A stretch of 40,872 nt of DNA from Pseudobdellovibrionaceae bacterium (GTDB lineage Bacteria; Bdellovibrionota; Bdellovibrionia; Bdellovibrionales; Bdellovibrionaceae): positions 1 to 40,872 of the forward strand of contig JAMIQD010000346.1 of the NCBI GenBank assembly GCA_035914755.1, in the 5' to 3' direction. A model generated the notes under the pieces. It was given only the letters and a program-made list of their open reading frames with translations, was not told where the DNA came from and made no database searches. Position numbers and translations under genes: made by a program. Shown here piece by piece: positions 1-9,039 of this stretch. The stretch's first letter is position 1. Every line of letters begins with the position of its first letter.

Positions 1-2
1 GC

Positions 3-134
3 TGGTCCTTGGCAGCAACCGGTCAAGCTACATTTATAGTCACCGGAGATAAAGCCTTACTGAAGGTCAAAAGAGTCAAGGGTATCGAGATATTCAATCC
101 AAGTCAGTTTTGCCAAAGGCTCAAAATCAAATAG
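3..134 (+). CDS. C-terminal end of a PIN-domain toxin (PIN_3/VapC-like), truncated by the window edge
   Basis: Manual translation WSLAATGQATFIVTGDKALLKVKRVKGIEIFNPSQFCQRLKIK*; LA..G.A..IVTGDK.LL...GI.I..P..F is the typical C-terminal motif of this family; TAG at 132-134. Confidence 0.75.
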   Translation, partial: WSLAATGQATFIVTGDKALLKVKRVKGIEIFNPSQFCQRLKIK

Positions 135-144
135 GCTGCATGAG

Positions 145-678
145 CTACTGTTTTACAAATCCAGGGCAAGTATTAACCCACACCTCGTTGTTACTGAGAC
201 ATTTCTTAGAATTACAAATGGAATCTAAAGTCAGCGTTTCGTAAATTACCTTGTGATCACCTAATGAGCCAAATTGAACAAGCTCATTTTGATTCCCAGA
301 ATCTTGAATGTTAGTTTTCAGCTCATCACGGGCGCATATTTTCACTTGTGACTCAGACTGAAGTATCTTTTCAACTGTGCGAACTTGAGAATAGCAGGAG
401 TCTTTGTCCTGATTTGTCGGTTGCATAATCTCTAAAACCTCGTTTTTATCATTTAGGACGTACATTAAATATTGATGTCTCCAATTATTTTCAGCCTCTG
501 CATTAAAGAAAAGGCATTTCTGTCGCACTCGATCAGAATTTACATGAATGGTGTGAAGATCATTTAGATTACTTTGTTTGGCCGCAGGAAATGTTTTCAG
601 GTTGAAAACCTTAGTGGATTGACATGCGGAAATAAAAAAACAAAACAGTAAGAGTAAGTTACTTTTTAAGTTCTGCAT
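145..678 (-). CDS. Putative lipoprotein of unknown function (host side of the ICE junction)
   Basis: Likely start MQNLKSNLLLLFCFFISAC at 678 (lipobox-like ISAC); Cys-rich mature part; the ORF track start at 726 looks too early. Confidence 0.6.
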   Translation of the reverse strand: MQNLKSNLLLLFCFFISACQSTKVFNLKTFPAAKQSNLNDLHTIHVNSDRVRQKCLFFNAEAENNWRHQYLMYVLNDKNEVLEIMQPTNQDKDSCYSQVRTVEKILQSESQVKICARDELKTNIQDSGNQNELVQFGSLGDHKVIYETLTLDSICNSKKCLSNNEVWVNTCPGFVKQ

Positions 679-844
679 AAGCTTTCCTGTACTTTTTAAG
701 ACCTGACTTTTTATAATCAGAATCACTTTTAAGAAGTCCCTTATATTCCAAAATCAGCTCTTCATGATCTGGTGCCCTCTTTAATTGATTGATAGCTGTT
801 GCTCTTTTTTCGGCACCCTCGGCTAAAAAGACCGGGGTTTTTCG
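659..844 (-). pseudogene. Start-less 61-codon reading frame, possibly the 3' remnant of a host gene split by ICE integration
   Basis: RKTPVFLAEGAEKRATAINQLKRAPDHEELILEYKGLLKSDSDYKKSGLKKYRKAYAELKK*; bounded upstream by in-frame TAA at 845-847, right at the att-like region; its 3' end overlaps the lipoprotein start. Confidence 0.4.
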
Positions 845-847
845 TTA

Positions 848-925
848 TAAGTGGTTGATTTCAGGTCATGTAATGGCGGATTCGTCGCAAAATGACTTGT
901 TTCAACTACTTAACGAATCCGCCAT
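848..925. promoter_or_regulatory. att-arm-like region: IHF site(s) and a 13-bp inverted repeat next to the integrase
   Basis: AATCAACCACTTA (minus strand, 848-860) is a perfect WATCAANNNNTTR match; near match TTTCAACTACTTA at 900-912; perfect IR ATGGCGGATTCGT 873-885 / ACGAATCCGCCAT 913-925; immediately downstream of the integrase stop. Confidence 0.6.
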
Positions 926-959
926 GCTATTATAGCACAAACTTCTTTCTTCATCACTT

Positions 960-2180
960 CTAGCGCGAGCCGAACATACTGACCACATTCGCAGGGAGTT
1001 CCATCGGGCGTTCAATCGCTTTAGATTTAAAGCTAAGCTTCTCTGTCGCTCCCGCTTCCTCAATACCAGCCATGCGGATGTAAATCTGCATCGTCTCAAG
1101 ATCCTGCCAGCCGCCGATCTTCATGACCGTTGTCGCAGGAACCCCGGCCTGAATTAAGTGAGTTGCAAAACAAGCTCTGAGCGTATGGAACTTAATGGAT
1201 TTAAGTCCCTCGTTCACACAGAAGGTCCGAAGAACCTTCGCTTGCATACCTCGTCTCAACTCATGGAAGTCCTGAAACACAAGGGTCCCTTGCTCGTCCT
1301 TGCCCCAACTTATTGACGGCAAGTAACTTTGTAGGAACCAGTAAAGCTCACTAGAAACAGGAACCGTGCGCCAGTATCCGGCCTTCGTTTCCCCAAATTT
1401 CTTTGTGCTCTGGCTCCATGCACGGTGAACTCTAATAAGTCCGTAACTCTTTTTCGAATCATCAGACTTATCAAGAGCCAAGGCTATTTCCCTAGAAACA
1501 AGGTCGATGTCTTCTAACCGAAGGCCTCGCAGTTCTCCTGCGCGCATTCCAGTATAAAGACCAACCTTCCATATAGGGTGCCAAGGGTGCTCTTTTTGTT
1601 CCGACCGCTCCAGCAGCAGAATAACTTCATCCCTCGTCAAGATCTCGGGGATAGTGCAAGCTGGCTTTCGCTCAAGCTCCACCGCGTGAACAGGGCTCTT
1701 GTCTTTTCCGACAATGTGCCCGTGTTCCATGCCCCAGACATAAATCACATTGATTGCGATCTTGATCTGATATTGAAGAAGGACACTTGCTTCTTCTGCT
1801 TTCGCTAAAGTGAAGATCTCTGCGCCATCAGCAAACCCAAGCTTCGATGCGGGTTTCTTAAGCCAAGACTTCGTCCAGTTATTGGCTCTCGCCACATAAT
1901 CTCGAACCGTCGCAGGCTTGAGCTTCCGTGAAGGGAAGAGTGTGTAGTAGCGTTCCCACTTCTCCACAACTTCGCCCCAGGTAGCGCCCTCATTTTCACG
2001 CCTCGCAACTTTAATGCAAGCTTGCTGATATTCGCGCTTATAAATTTTTTCCGCTTCCTCTTTAGAGGCAAGATCAATCTCTCGTTTCTGTTCGCGAATC
2101 TTCCGATTCTTACTCGAAACGACATTCACGTATGCTTGCCACAATATTTTTCCATCTTCTTCGTAACTGGTAACACCCAT
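960..2180 (-). CDS. int: Tyrosine recombinase / phage-type integrase
   Basis: Catalytic motifs TGMRAGE (R), FHTLRA (HxxR), GGW and MQIY (Y); 406 aa. Confidence 0.95.
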   Translation of the reverse strand: MGVTSYEEDGKILWQAYVNVVSSKNRKIREQKREIDLASKEEAEKIYKREYQQACIKVARRENEGATWGEVVEKWERYYTLFPSRKLKPATVRDYVARANNWTKSWLKKPASKLGFADGAEIFTLAKAEEASVLLQYQIKIAINVIYVWGMEHGHIVGKDKSPVHAVELERKPACTIPEILTRDEVILLLERSEQKEHPWHPIWKVGLYTGMRAGELRGLRLEDIDLVSREIALALDKSDDSKKSYGLIRVHRAWSQSTKKFGETKAGYWRTVPVSSELYWFLQSYLPSISWGKDEQGTLVFQDFHELRRGMQAKVLRTFCVNEGLKSIKFHTLRACFATHLIQAGVPATTVMKIGGWQDLETMQIYIRMAGIEEAGATEKLSFKSKAIERPMELPANVVSMFGSR

Positions 2181-2206
2181 CTTAATTCTCCTTTATTTCT
2201 ATTTTT

Positions 2207-2461
2207 TTAGATTAGAGAGAGTTCAAGTAGGCGATCCAGTTCGACCTTCTTAAAGAAGAGTCTTCGACCCCATTTGCGAGCTTTCAAAAGTCCTCGCCAA
2301 ACGGCAGTGCGAATTGCTCCATCAGAGGGTTGTCCATCCTTGCGAATTTTTCGCAAGTACACAGCAGCGTCTTTCGTAGATAACCAAGTCAAATTGTCAA
2401 AGAACGGTTGATTTGATTCTTCGCTTTCCGGCTTAGAATCTTTCAAATTATTACTGTCCAT
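2207..2461 (-). CDS. Excisionase-like helix-turn-helix protein
   Basis: WLSTKDAAVYL...AIRTAVWRGLLKARKWGRRLFFKKVELDRLL is an HTH_17/Xis pattern; directly upstream of int. Confidence 0.8.
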   Translation of the reverse strand: MDSNNLKDSKPESEESNQPFFDNLTWLSTKDAAVYLRKIRKDGQPSDGAIRTAVWRGLLKARKWGRRLFFKKVELDRLLELSLI

Positions 2462-2544
2462 AAACTACTTTCTCCTTTGAGAAATATCAAGAAAATTCAT
2501 TAAAAATAGAGCGCGCTATCACCGAGAAAAATGCGTCATTTCCC

Positions 2545-2904
2545 CTATGAAACTGCTGCATTTCCTTGAGCCGATTTGTTGCTTTCTGATTTCAACAGAT
2601 GCGCCAAATAATCGTCCATTGTGATCTGTCCGAACTTCAAACAATGCGCACGATAGCTTTGCTCCATTCGATCACGTCCCGTAAGACTGGCCTCCTGTAG
2701 TTCGGTCAGGTCCTGCGCCGTGAGCTTCGGAAGAAGCTTCAGCAAAAGCGCGTCGAGTTTGACGCGTTTGCCGAATTGCTTCTTGTTGATTTTGGCAAGT
2801 TCTGAAAGCAGGCGCTTTCGTGTTTCAAGTGAAACGCGAATCGCCGCTGAATTTGATTTTTTGGTAGCGGGCTTTGCCACTTTTTTTGCTTCTGAAGTTT
2901 CCAT
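2545..2904 (-). CDS. Small basic DNA-binding protein (ribbon-helix-helix-like)
   Basis: AAIRVSLETRKRLLSELAKINK strand-helix pattern; Lys-rich; RBS-like AAAGGGGA upstream. Confidence 0.55.
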   Translation of the reverse strand: METSEAKKVAKPATKKSNSAAIRVSLETRKRLLSELAKINKKQFGKRVKLDALLLKLLPKLTAQDLTELQEASLTGRDRMEQSYRAHCLKFGQITMDDYLAHLLKSESNKSAQGNAAVS

Positions 2905-2997
2905 AAGGTTTCCCCTTTGTGAAACCTCGTCCGCCTGAGTGTGGTGGGAAGAGGATTAAATTTAGATACAGACCGCGCTTAGGCGTAGGTCATTTTC

Positions 2998-4845
2998 TTA
3001 CATACCGATGTCAGGGCCTCGGCCTCGATCATGGCTCAGATCACTCATGGAGAGTTCCTTCACCAGAATATCGAATGGGTTAAAACGCTCCTTCATTTTG
3101 TCGGCAAAACTCCGTTCTTGTTTTAGCTCTTTATGATTTTGAGTTGGCATGACATGCACTTCTTGAATATGTGGATTCAAAGCCAAAACCTCCGTCATTC
3201 TTCTTTCTGAACCCTCATCAAACATCACAAAAACATTTGAACCTTTTGAGTGAGACGCTTTGCCGCTGCCACTCAAAATTAGAAACTCAAAAGGATCAGA
3301 GTGAACGCTCATTTTCTTTGAGCTGGTGAGACTCTCAAAAAATGAAGCTGATGGCTTCCCATGACGTTTTTGTTTCCATTCGCCGTTTGTCTCTTGCTTG
3401 AACTCAATCGCGGATTCATTCTTTTCCCCCATGAGCCAAACGCTTCGATTCTCGCCAACATGAACATTCTTGTTCTTAAGAACTGAGCCTGCGTGAGATT
3501 CGTTAAAACCTCGCGAACGCAAAAGACTTTGCATTGTTTTTTGTGCAACTTCAGGCAAAGCAGATTTTGGTTTTGGAAAATAAAATGCCTGAACCCCTTT
3601 CTGGTATGACCCCATATACTGCTCCAGAAGCAGTAGCTTTGGGTTCTTATTGATGATCGCGAGTGCGCCAAGTTCATTTGTCTCTTTAACCGCTTTTACG
3701 AAATCAATAATTGTACCCTGACGACCGCTTTTGTTATTCGTCCAAGATTTATCCTCAACGACAACGAACTCCAAACCGCGCAAAACCTTTTGCCCCTTGG
3801 CGTTGGTTTTAAGCTGAATTTTGTTCGCTTCGCAGTAGCCAAAAATGCTCTGCTCATTGGCTCGTTTCATTTCATGGTAAAGAACCCCGCCGCTACTATC
3901 AAAAATTGCAGGCAACACATCCCGTGCACTGTTGCGATCAATTTTTGTAAACTTGCTGTAATCCTTTTTTCCGAATCCTGAATAGCTTGTTGATTCAGGT
4001 AATAGATGGCTTTGAGTTCCCACAAAATTTCCTTTTCCGTCAAAGGCTGCTCCAAGATCGGAAAGGGTTCGGTCTCTAAGTCCTGGACTCTTTGCATATC
4101 TCTCATCATTCTCCTTAAACGCTTTCATCAAGCCGTCTTTATCAAATTTATCTCCAAGGCGTTTCCCACGAACTGCTTTGGCGTCGCTACCATAGAGATA
4201 GCTAATGTTCTTTTCCTCAACGCGAACATGAACACCACGGAACTTTAAAATCCCCACATACTCATCAAAGCTTGTGCTCGCGGCTCTTGCGAAATCTGCT
4301 TTTTGCTTCATATCAAAGAACCGAGTCTTTTTTCCGCGCGCTGCCATATCTTGAACTTTATAGGGAACAGAAGCCCTTTCTTTTTGGCTTTTCTTTTCAG
4401 TAACACTGAAGCCATTCTCACGCGCAATTGCGTTATTAGCCTCGTGAAGTTTGATCAATTCAGACCGTTTATTAACGAGCAACATTTTGGTGTCACTGTT
4501 CACGGACGAGATCACAATATGGTTATGAATGTGATCCTTCTCCGTGTGAGTGATAACCCAAGCTGAGTGACCGGGAGCAATTCGCTTCGCAAGCTCTAAT
4601 CCCATCTCGTTGTACTTTTCCGACGGAAAGAGATCGCTCTCTTTCGCAGGCCAAGACTGGATGATGGTGAGCGCCAAGTTCTTCGCTTCTTTTTTCCGTC
4701 CCTCGTGCTCATCCCGAATTTGCTTTGCCATGTTTTCCGCAAGACCATTCGAAGCACTTCGTACTGGCTCAGAGTCACGGTCCTTGTCTAAATACTTTTC
4801 AAGTGCTTCGGGAGCTTTCACCCAGCTTTGCTTAACGATTGGCAT
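2998..4845 (-). CDS. Relaxase (MOBP / relaxase-mobilisation nuclease family) with a long C-terminal extension
   Basis: N-terminal Tyr (ALEKYL), IIQSW motif II, HTEKDHIHNHIVI HUH motif III; C-terminus ends in RGRGPDIGM as is typical of Mob proteins; overlaps mobC. Confidence 0.9.
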   Translation of the reverse strand: MPIVKQSWVKAPEALEKYLDKDRDSEPVRSASNGLAENMAKQIRDEHEGRKKEAKNLALTIIQSWPAKESDLFPSEKYNEMGLELAKRIAPGHSAWVITHTEKDHIHNHIVISSVNSDTKMLLVNKRSELIKLHEANNAIARENGFSVTEKKSQKERASVPYKVQDMAARGKKTRFFDMKQKADFARAASTSFDEYVGILKFRGVHVRVEEKNISYLYGSDAKAVRGKRLGDKFDKDGLMKAFKENDERYAKSPGLRDRTLSDLGAAFDGKGNFVGTQSHLLPESTSYSGFGKKDYSKFTKIDRNSARDVLPAIFDSSGGVLYHEMKRANEQSIFGYCEANKIQLKTNAKGQKVLRGLEFVVVEDKSWTNNKSGRQGTIIDFVKAVKETNELGALAIINKNPKLLLLEQYMGSYQKGVQAFYFPKPKSALPEVAQKTMQSLLRSRGFNESHAGSVLKNKNVHVGENRSVWLMGEKNESAIEFKQETNGEWKQKRHGKPSASFFESLTSSKKMSVHSDPFEFLILSGSGKASHSKGSNVFVMFDEGSERRMTEVLALNPHIQEVHVMPTQNHKELKQERSFADKMKERFNPFDILVKELSMSDLSHDRGRGPDIGM

Positions 4846-5185
4846 AGTTCACCGTGAGCATTTGACTCAATTTCATATAGTTAACATTGATCGCTGAAAG
4901 TGCCTGACTCCATCCGGCCATGAGCCCCATGTTAATTTTTTTGGCGATCTGATTGATGTTATTTCCCTGACGTTTGAGTTCAGTTTCAAAACTCTTTGCT
5001 TGCTCAGGTGTCAGGAGTGGGCGCTCCAGATCCATTCTGCAAAATAGCGCACGTCTAAAAAGTTCCGGGCCAGACATTCCAGTCGCCGCGATCATTTTTT
5101 TGATTCGGTGATGCTCGGTTGCATCAATACGAACGCACAATGCGGTTCCCACATCTACTTCGGTTTCTAAATTCAATTGTTCCAT
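4832..5185 (-). CDS. mobC: MobC relaxosome accessory protein
   Basis: RHH N-terminus (LCVRIDATEH) and ELKRQGNNINQIAKKIN signature; adjacent to the relaxase. Confidence 0.9.
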   Translation of the reverse strand: MEQLNLETEVDVGTALCVRIDATEHHRIKKMIAATGMSGPELFRRALFCRMDLERPLLTPEQAKSFETELKRQGNNINQIAKKINMGLMAGWSQALSAINVNYMKLSQMLTVNYANR

Positions 5186-5210
5186 TTTTACCCCTATGAG
5201 TTAGTTGATA

Positions 5211-5237
5211 AAAGTCCTCGGGGTGTCGTGGGACTTT
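5211..5237 (-). terminator. Possible hairpin (terminator or operator) upstream of mobC
   Basis: AAAGTCC 5211-5217 / GGACTTT 5231-5237 inverted repeat, followed by only a short T run on the minus strand. Confidence 0.3.
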
Positions 5238-5293
5238 ATTTATTTTCAACAATTGCTTCGGCGTTTATGCCGGTAAGCTTTGTTTGCAAGCGA

Positions 5294-5476
5294 TCATGGC
5301 TTAAACGCCGCGATGATCGCTTTGAAAACTGTTGTGAGCCATCCTTTTACTTCTTCGTGATCGACTTCCGTTTCTGCCGCAGCTTTTGCGGCTTCCTTCA
5401 CTGTCGCACTCAGTTCGCCAACGGCTTGCACAACCTCTTCACCTGGATCAATCGTTAACTCTTTCATCTTTCCCAT
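5294..5476 (-). CDS. Small hypothetical protein (60 aa)
   Basis: GGAGG RBS upstream; overlaps the upstream lipoprotein gene. Confidence 0.55.
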   Translation of the reverse strand: MGKMKELTIDPGEEVVQAVGELSATVKEAAKAAAETEVDHEEVKGWLTTVFKAIIAAFKP

Positions 5477-5813
5477 TTTTTGCCTCCTGTTTGTTTGGGT
5501 TCATTATTTTTATCGTTACAACTTTATTTGCGTTCAAGATCTCATCGAGACTCATCAAGAGATGAGCTTCTGCTTTCTTTAAAAGTTCGTTTTGCTCAAT
5601 GACTTGTCGGAAGCTTTCTTCCGAGCGCTCCGCTTTTATTTTTTCAATGAGTTCATTTTCTTTTGCTAAAACCGCATGGATTGAATTGTCCCTGTGGGAA
5701 GAGCTTGCGCACCCGGTGAGTAACATTTGAAGAGTAAGAGCGAGCATGAGGATTGTGAGTGGGAGTTGGATTATTAATTTGCGTGTGCTGTTACTAAATT
5801 TTGGTTTGTTCAT
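5448..5813 (-). CDS. Small coiled-coil lipoprotein (entry-exclusion candidate)
   Basis: Start MNKPKF at 5813 with AAAGGA RBS; hydrophobic stretch then LLTGC lipobox; lies just downstream of the traG-like gene. Confidence 0.65.
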   Translation of the reverse strand: MNKPKFSNSTRKLIIQLPLTILMLALTLQMLLTGCASSSHRDNSIHAVLAKENELIEKIKAERSEESFRQVIEQNELLKKAEAHLLMSLDEILNANKVVTIKIMNPNKQEAKNGKDERVND

Positions 5814-5867
5814 GTTTTTTCCTTTGTTTGTTTCATTTGTTAGTTTTGGTCTTTTGGGTATTTTGGT

Positions 5868-5958
5868 TCGTGGCAAGATAGGGGTGTGATATCTCCCTCC
5901 CCAAAAATGTGGTTGCTTTGCCCCCACACCCCCAAGGCCGAGACTGTCGGTCTCGGCC
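5868..5958 (-). promoter_or_regulatory. Candidate oriT
   Basis: Minus strand CACACCCCTATCTTGCC resembles the IncP/MOBP nic motif (CCTATCCTG^C); IR GGGGTGTG 5881-5888 / CACACCCC 5925-5932; perfect IR GGCCGAGAC 5936-5944 / GTCTCGGCC 5950-5958; intergenic, upstream of mobC-relaxase. Confidence 0.65.
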
Positions 5959-5977
5959 ATAAATACTAGACTGAAAC

Positions 5978-7477
5978 TCATAGTGCCGCCTTCGCCGCCG
6001 ACATAAGCGGACCAGAAGTCGTCTCTAAGAACTCAGGCTTTCCTTCGGATTCGCTTTCACCAAGCATCGGTTTTAGGAACATAAACACCGAACCTGTTGT
6101 CATCGTGGCCACCAGAAGCTGAACCCATGAATAGATCGAAAACATATAGTAGAGCCTGTGGTTCACGAGACTGGCCGAGTACATGGATACCCCATCAGTC
6201 ATTTGCCCAAAGGCTTGCATGACCTCAGACGACATCGAGATACCAAGCATGATGTGATAGAGAAGCGTCCATAGTGGCGTCCACAAAAGAACCGAGAAGT
6301 AGATCCAAAACCAAACCACCAGCACACGCCACTTGCCTGCGACCACAAAAAACATGAGCCACGGAAAGACCGCGATCAAAAGCATTCGGATAAATCCGGC
6401 GACGTGGGGCGCTCGCGCCAAGTGCTCACTGAATTCCTGCGAACGACTTGCCGCCTCGGATGCACCTTGCTGATCTCGTAAACCCAGAGATCCTAGAATC
6501 CCATCCCAACTAAAGAGGCGTCCAAGAACTTGGAAAGTTTGACCAGCGGCTCCTAGAGCCTCAGCACCCTTTTGAATACCGAGACGACCCTCGTGTTGAT
6601 CGGCATAGAAGTTCGCAAGCGCCATCGAAGTCGCGTAGTTCTTGTAATAGCTTGGATCAAGCTTCCCGCCGTAGGAGTAAACGAGTGCTTCTGAATATGG
6701 AATGGTCTTAGAAAAATCCTTCATCTGACCAGCGCCGTATTCGTTCAACTTCTGAACGGTTGAGTCCTTAACCTCTAGGCAATTCGTTGTTTTTCCTTGG
6801 CCCAGATCAATGCTGACATCTGAAAGTTCTTTGTCGATTTTTTTACCCGCCGAAAAAAATCCATCAATCGCTCCCTGATTTTTAAACTGGTCCACTGATG
6901 GCAAAACCTTGGTGAAACATTCATCCGAATAAAAACGAAGCTGGTCCCGAAGCGGTGAGTCTTCAATCGTTGAGATGCCCGCATACATGATAGCCTTGTA
7001 GAACATATTCGGAGCCGTAAGCTGGGGATTACCCTTGGCGAATACTTCGTCAATGACCCTTGAAAGAAGCCCTGTGAGTTCCTCAGCCGTTCGACTCATT
7101 AGCTCAAAGACAACGCTCACTCGGTACTGACTCTCAACATTATCCACATGGTTTTTCACATAGGCATTGTCGGACCAGTTTTTGCCTTGATAGTCCCTCA
7201 CCCGCGCTTCTGAGCCCACGCGAAGAATCGCAAGACCTAAGAAAAGACATGCGATCACTTTGATAAACTTTGAAATGGGAACGTGACGCTTCTCGATCAA
7301 AGATCCCGGCAAATAGCGCGAGATAAATTTTAAAATCGTGAAAAAGAAAATGGCTCCGAAAATAATCAGAACCAATCCCTTAAAGAAGGTTTCACCCGTA
7401 ATGACTTCAATAAACTTGGCGTGAAGGCCAAGTCCGATGAGCTGATAGAGTGCTTCATAAGCAGTGTTTGAAAACAT
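5978..7477 (-). CDS. traG: TraG N-terminal-domain / VirB6-like mating-pair stabilisation membrane protein
   Basis: Two N-terminal TM segments, a soluble middle (QLRFYSDECF), several C-terminal TMs (AVFPWLMFF...YFSVLLWTPLWTLLYH); position after the traH-like gene. Confidence 0.75.
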   Translation of the reverse strand: MFSNTAYEALYQLIGLGLHAKFIEVITGETFFKGLVLIIFGAIFFFTILKFISRYLPGSLIEKRHVPISKFIKVIACLFLGLAILRVGSEARVRDYQGKNWSDNAYVKNHVDNVESQYRVSVVFELMSRTAEELTGLLSRVIDEVFAKGNPQLTAPNMFYKAIMYAGISTIEDSPLRDQLRFYSDECFTKVLPSVDQFKNQGAIDGFFSAGKKIDKELSDVSIDLGQGKTTNCLEVKDSTVQKLNEYGAGQMKDFSKTIPYSEALVYSYGGKLDPSYYKNYATSMALANFYADQHEGRLGIQKGAEALGAAGQTFQVLGRLFSWDGILGSLGLRDQQGASEAASRSQEFSEHLARAPHVAGFIRMLLIAVFPWLMFFVVAGKWRVLVVWFWIYFSVLLWTPLWTLLYHIMLGISMSSEVMQAFGQMTDGVSMYSASLVNHRLYYMFSIYSWVQLLVATMTTGSVFMFLKPMLGESESEGKPEFLETTSGPLMSAAKAAL

Positions 7478-7492
7478 AATCCTCCTTTCGCT

Positions 7493-7714
7493 TTAAGCTT
7501 CGTTAAGAATTCTGGCGTTGATACCGTTTCTTAAAATCACGGCAATACCTTCAAGTTTTGAAAACCAGAAAAAGCTCTCATGCCAGTGCTCGATAATTCC
7601 AAGGAGCCAAACCTTGTTAATTTCTATTTCGACAATCGCGCCCGATTTGATTTCAACATCACCGACTTCAAATCTTTGAAAACAGTTTCGCTTCAATGGT
7701 CCTTCGGAAGTCAT
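7493..7714 (-). CDS. Hypothetical protein (73 aa)
   Basis: ATGA overlap with the upstream gene's stop and GGAGG RBS. Confidence 0.6.
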   Translation of the reverse strand: MTSEGPLKRNCFQRFEVGDVEIKSGAIVEIEINKVWLLGIIEHWHESFFWFSKLEGIAVILRNGINARILNEA

Positions 7715-9039
7715 TGGCCACCTCCTTTGGTTTCACAAAGAACGCCGTCCGAGCAGTCGAAGAAGCGACTCTTGGCGGTTTGCGATTCCAATCCCGATTG
7801 ATCACGCATAAGACGGTCGCGTGATAAGTCTTGATGAATGACTTCGCCCTCTTGGTTGATCTGGGCCACCACTTCATTCAGAGGAACATTTCGCTCGCGC
7901 TGAAGTTCGAGCGTTGTTTGAATCGACTGCTTCAGCGTGTCTCGCTTATCCTCGATTTCTTTTTTCCGACGCTCCGGCAAATTGGGGTTCTGTGAAGCAA
8001 GTGCTAGAATATCGAGAGAGCGGTTCATGTCTTCAGAGAACCTTGCAGTAGCCACGGAGCTTGCAAGACGTTGGCAATAGAGCGCTCGGCTTCGATACGG
8101 CATCACCGCAAGGTTACGAAGAGTCTGCCTGTCGAGAAGAGTTTGGTTTTTGGTTCCCGTGATGGATTCAAGATCAGCATTTCGAACCACGGCATTTGTT
8201 CCACCAGGGCCAGCGTCATCGACTTTACCCATGAGACCTACACAAAGCTTTTCCTGAACATCTCGCTCGATCCCCGCCAAATGTGTACGCGGCGTAATGC
8301 CGAAGGGCTTGTCTCCATACTCAACACTGACTTTGCCGCGAGAAACAACGGTGTCTCCCACTAGGTTCTTAACAAGCTTCACGGTGCTTGAAGCTTCAGG
8401 CGTATCAAAACCTGCCCAACGCGCAGAACTCTCAATAAGTTTGTTGGAATTACTTTTTTCTCCGTACTTCGAGCCTGACCAGTTCGCCACGTCCGTATCC
8501 CACATACGATTCGAGTTACAAGCCTGCATAGCGGCTTCAATATTTCCGCCATTGCTCTCGATCTGGCGATGAACGCAAGTCTGGCGCTCCTCGTAGTATT
8601 CGCCGACGCGAGAATCGGTGTACTTATCCATAAGCGCGCACTGATTCAGTCGCATTTGCGACATGAAGTTCGCATTGATCTGCGAGTGCTTCAGGATCGC
8701 ACACCATGTCGGGCTAAAGTAGCAGGCAAGGAGCATTGGAGAACCCGCCATGATGTCTTTACCCATGTCTCCAAAGTAGCGGCTATCAAGTATATTTTTA
8801 AGACTCGCTTGCAGAGTGCTTTTGAAATCGACTCGTCCACAGTCTGAACCAATTCCAAGATTCAATCCGAGATCAACACTTCGGTACTCGTCAAAGACGG
8901 GGTCTTTTTTAAGACCTTGGGTCTGGTACAGATAATCGCTCGACTTAAATTCACTGCGATTTTTGTAGTCGTAGTAATTATCTCCGGCGCGTGCCTGAGC
9001 GGCGAGGAAGCAAAGACTCATCATTAAAATTATTTTCAT
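7711..9039 (-). CDS. Secreted conjugation protein, TraH-like
   Basis: Signal peptide (AQARA); SDCGRVDF resembles the TraH CGGID motif; Cys-rich with coiled-coil C-terminus; lies between traC and traG. Confidence 0.6.
   Translation of the reverse strand: MKIILMMSLCFLAAQARAGDNYYDYKNRSEFKSSDYLYQTQGLKKDPVFDEYRSVDLGLNLGIGSDCGRVDFKSTLQASLKNILDSRYFGDMGKDIMAGSPMLLACYFSPTWCAILKHSQINANFMSQMRLNQCALMDKYTDSRVGEYYEERQTCVHRQIESNGGNIEAAMQACNSNRMWDTDVANWSGSKYGEKSNSNKLIESSARWAGFDTPEASSTVKLVKNLVGDTVVSRGKVSVEYGDKPFGITPRTHLAGIERDVQEKLCVGLMGKVDDAGPGGTNAVVRNADLESITGTKNQTLLDRQTLRNLAVMPYRSRALYCQRLASSVATARFSEDMNRSLDILALASQNPNLPERRKKEIEDKRDTLKQSIQTTLELQRERNVPLNEVVAQINQEGEVIHQDLSRDRLMRDQSGLESQTAKSRFFDCSDGVLCETKGGGQ

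Noticed and set aside
780-960. tRNA or tmRNA at the integration site
   Set aside because: No cloverleaf, T-loop GTTCGA or CCA-end pattern is visible.
5814-5981. N-terminal extension of the 177-aa ORF in the track
   Set aside because: It runs through the oriT-like hairpins; the RBS and lipoprotein signal point to a start at 5813.
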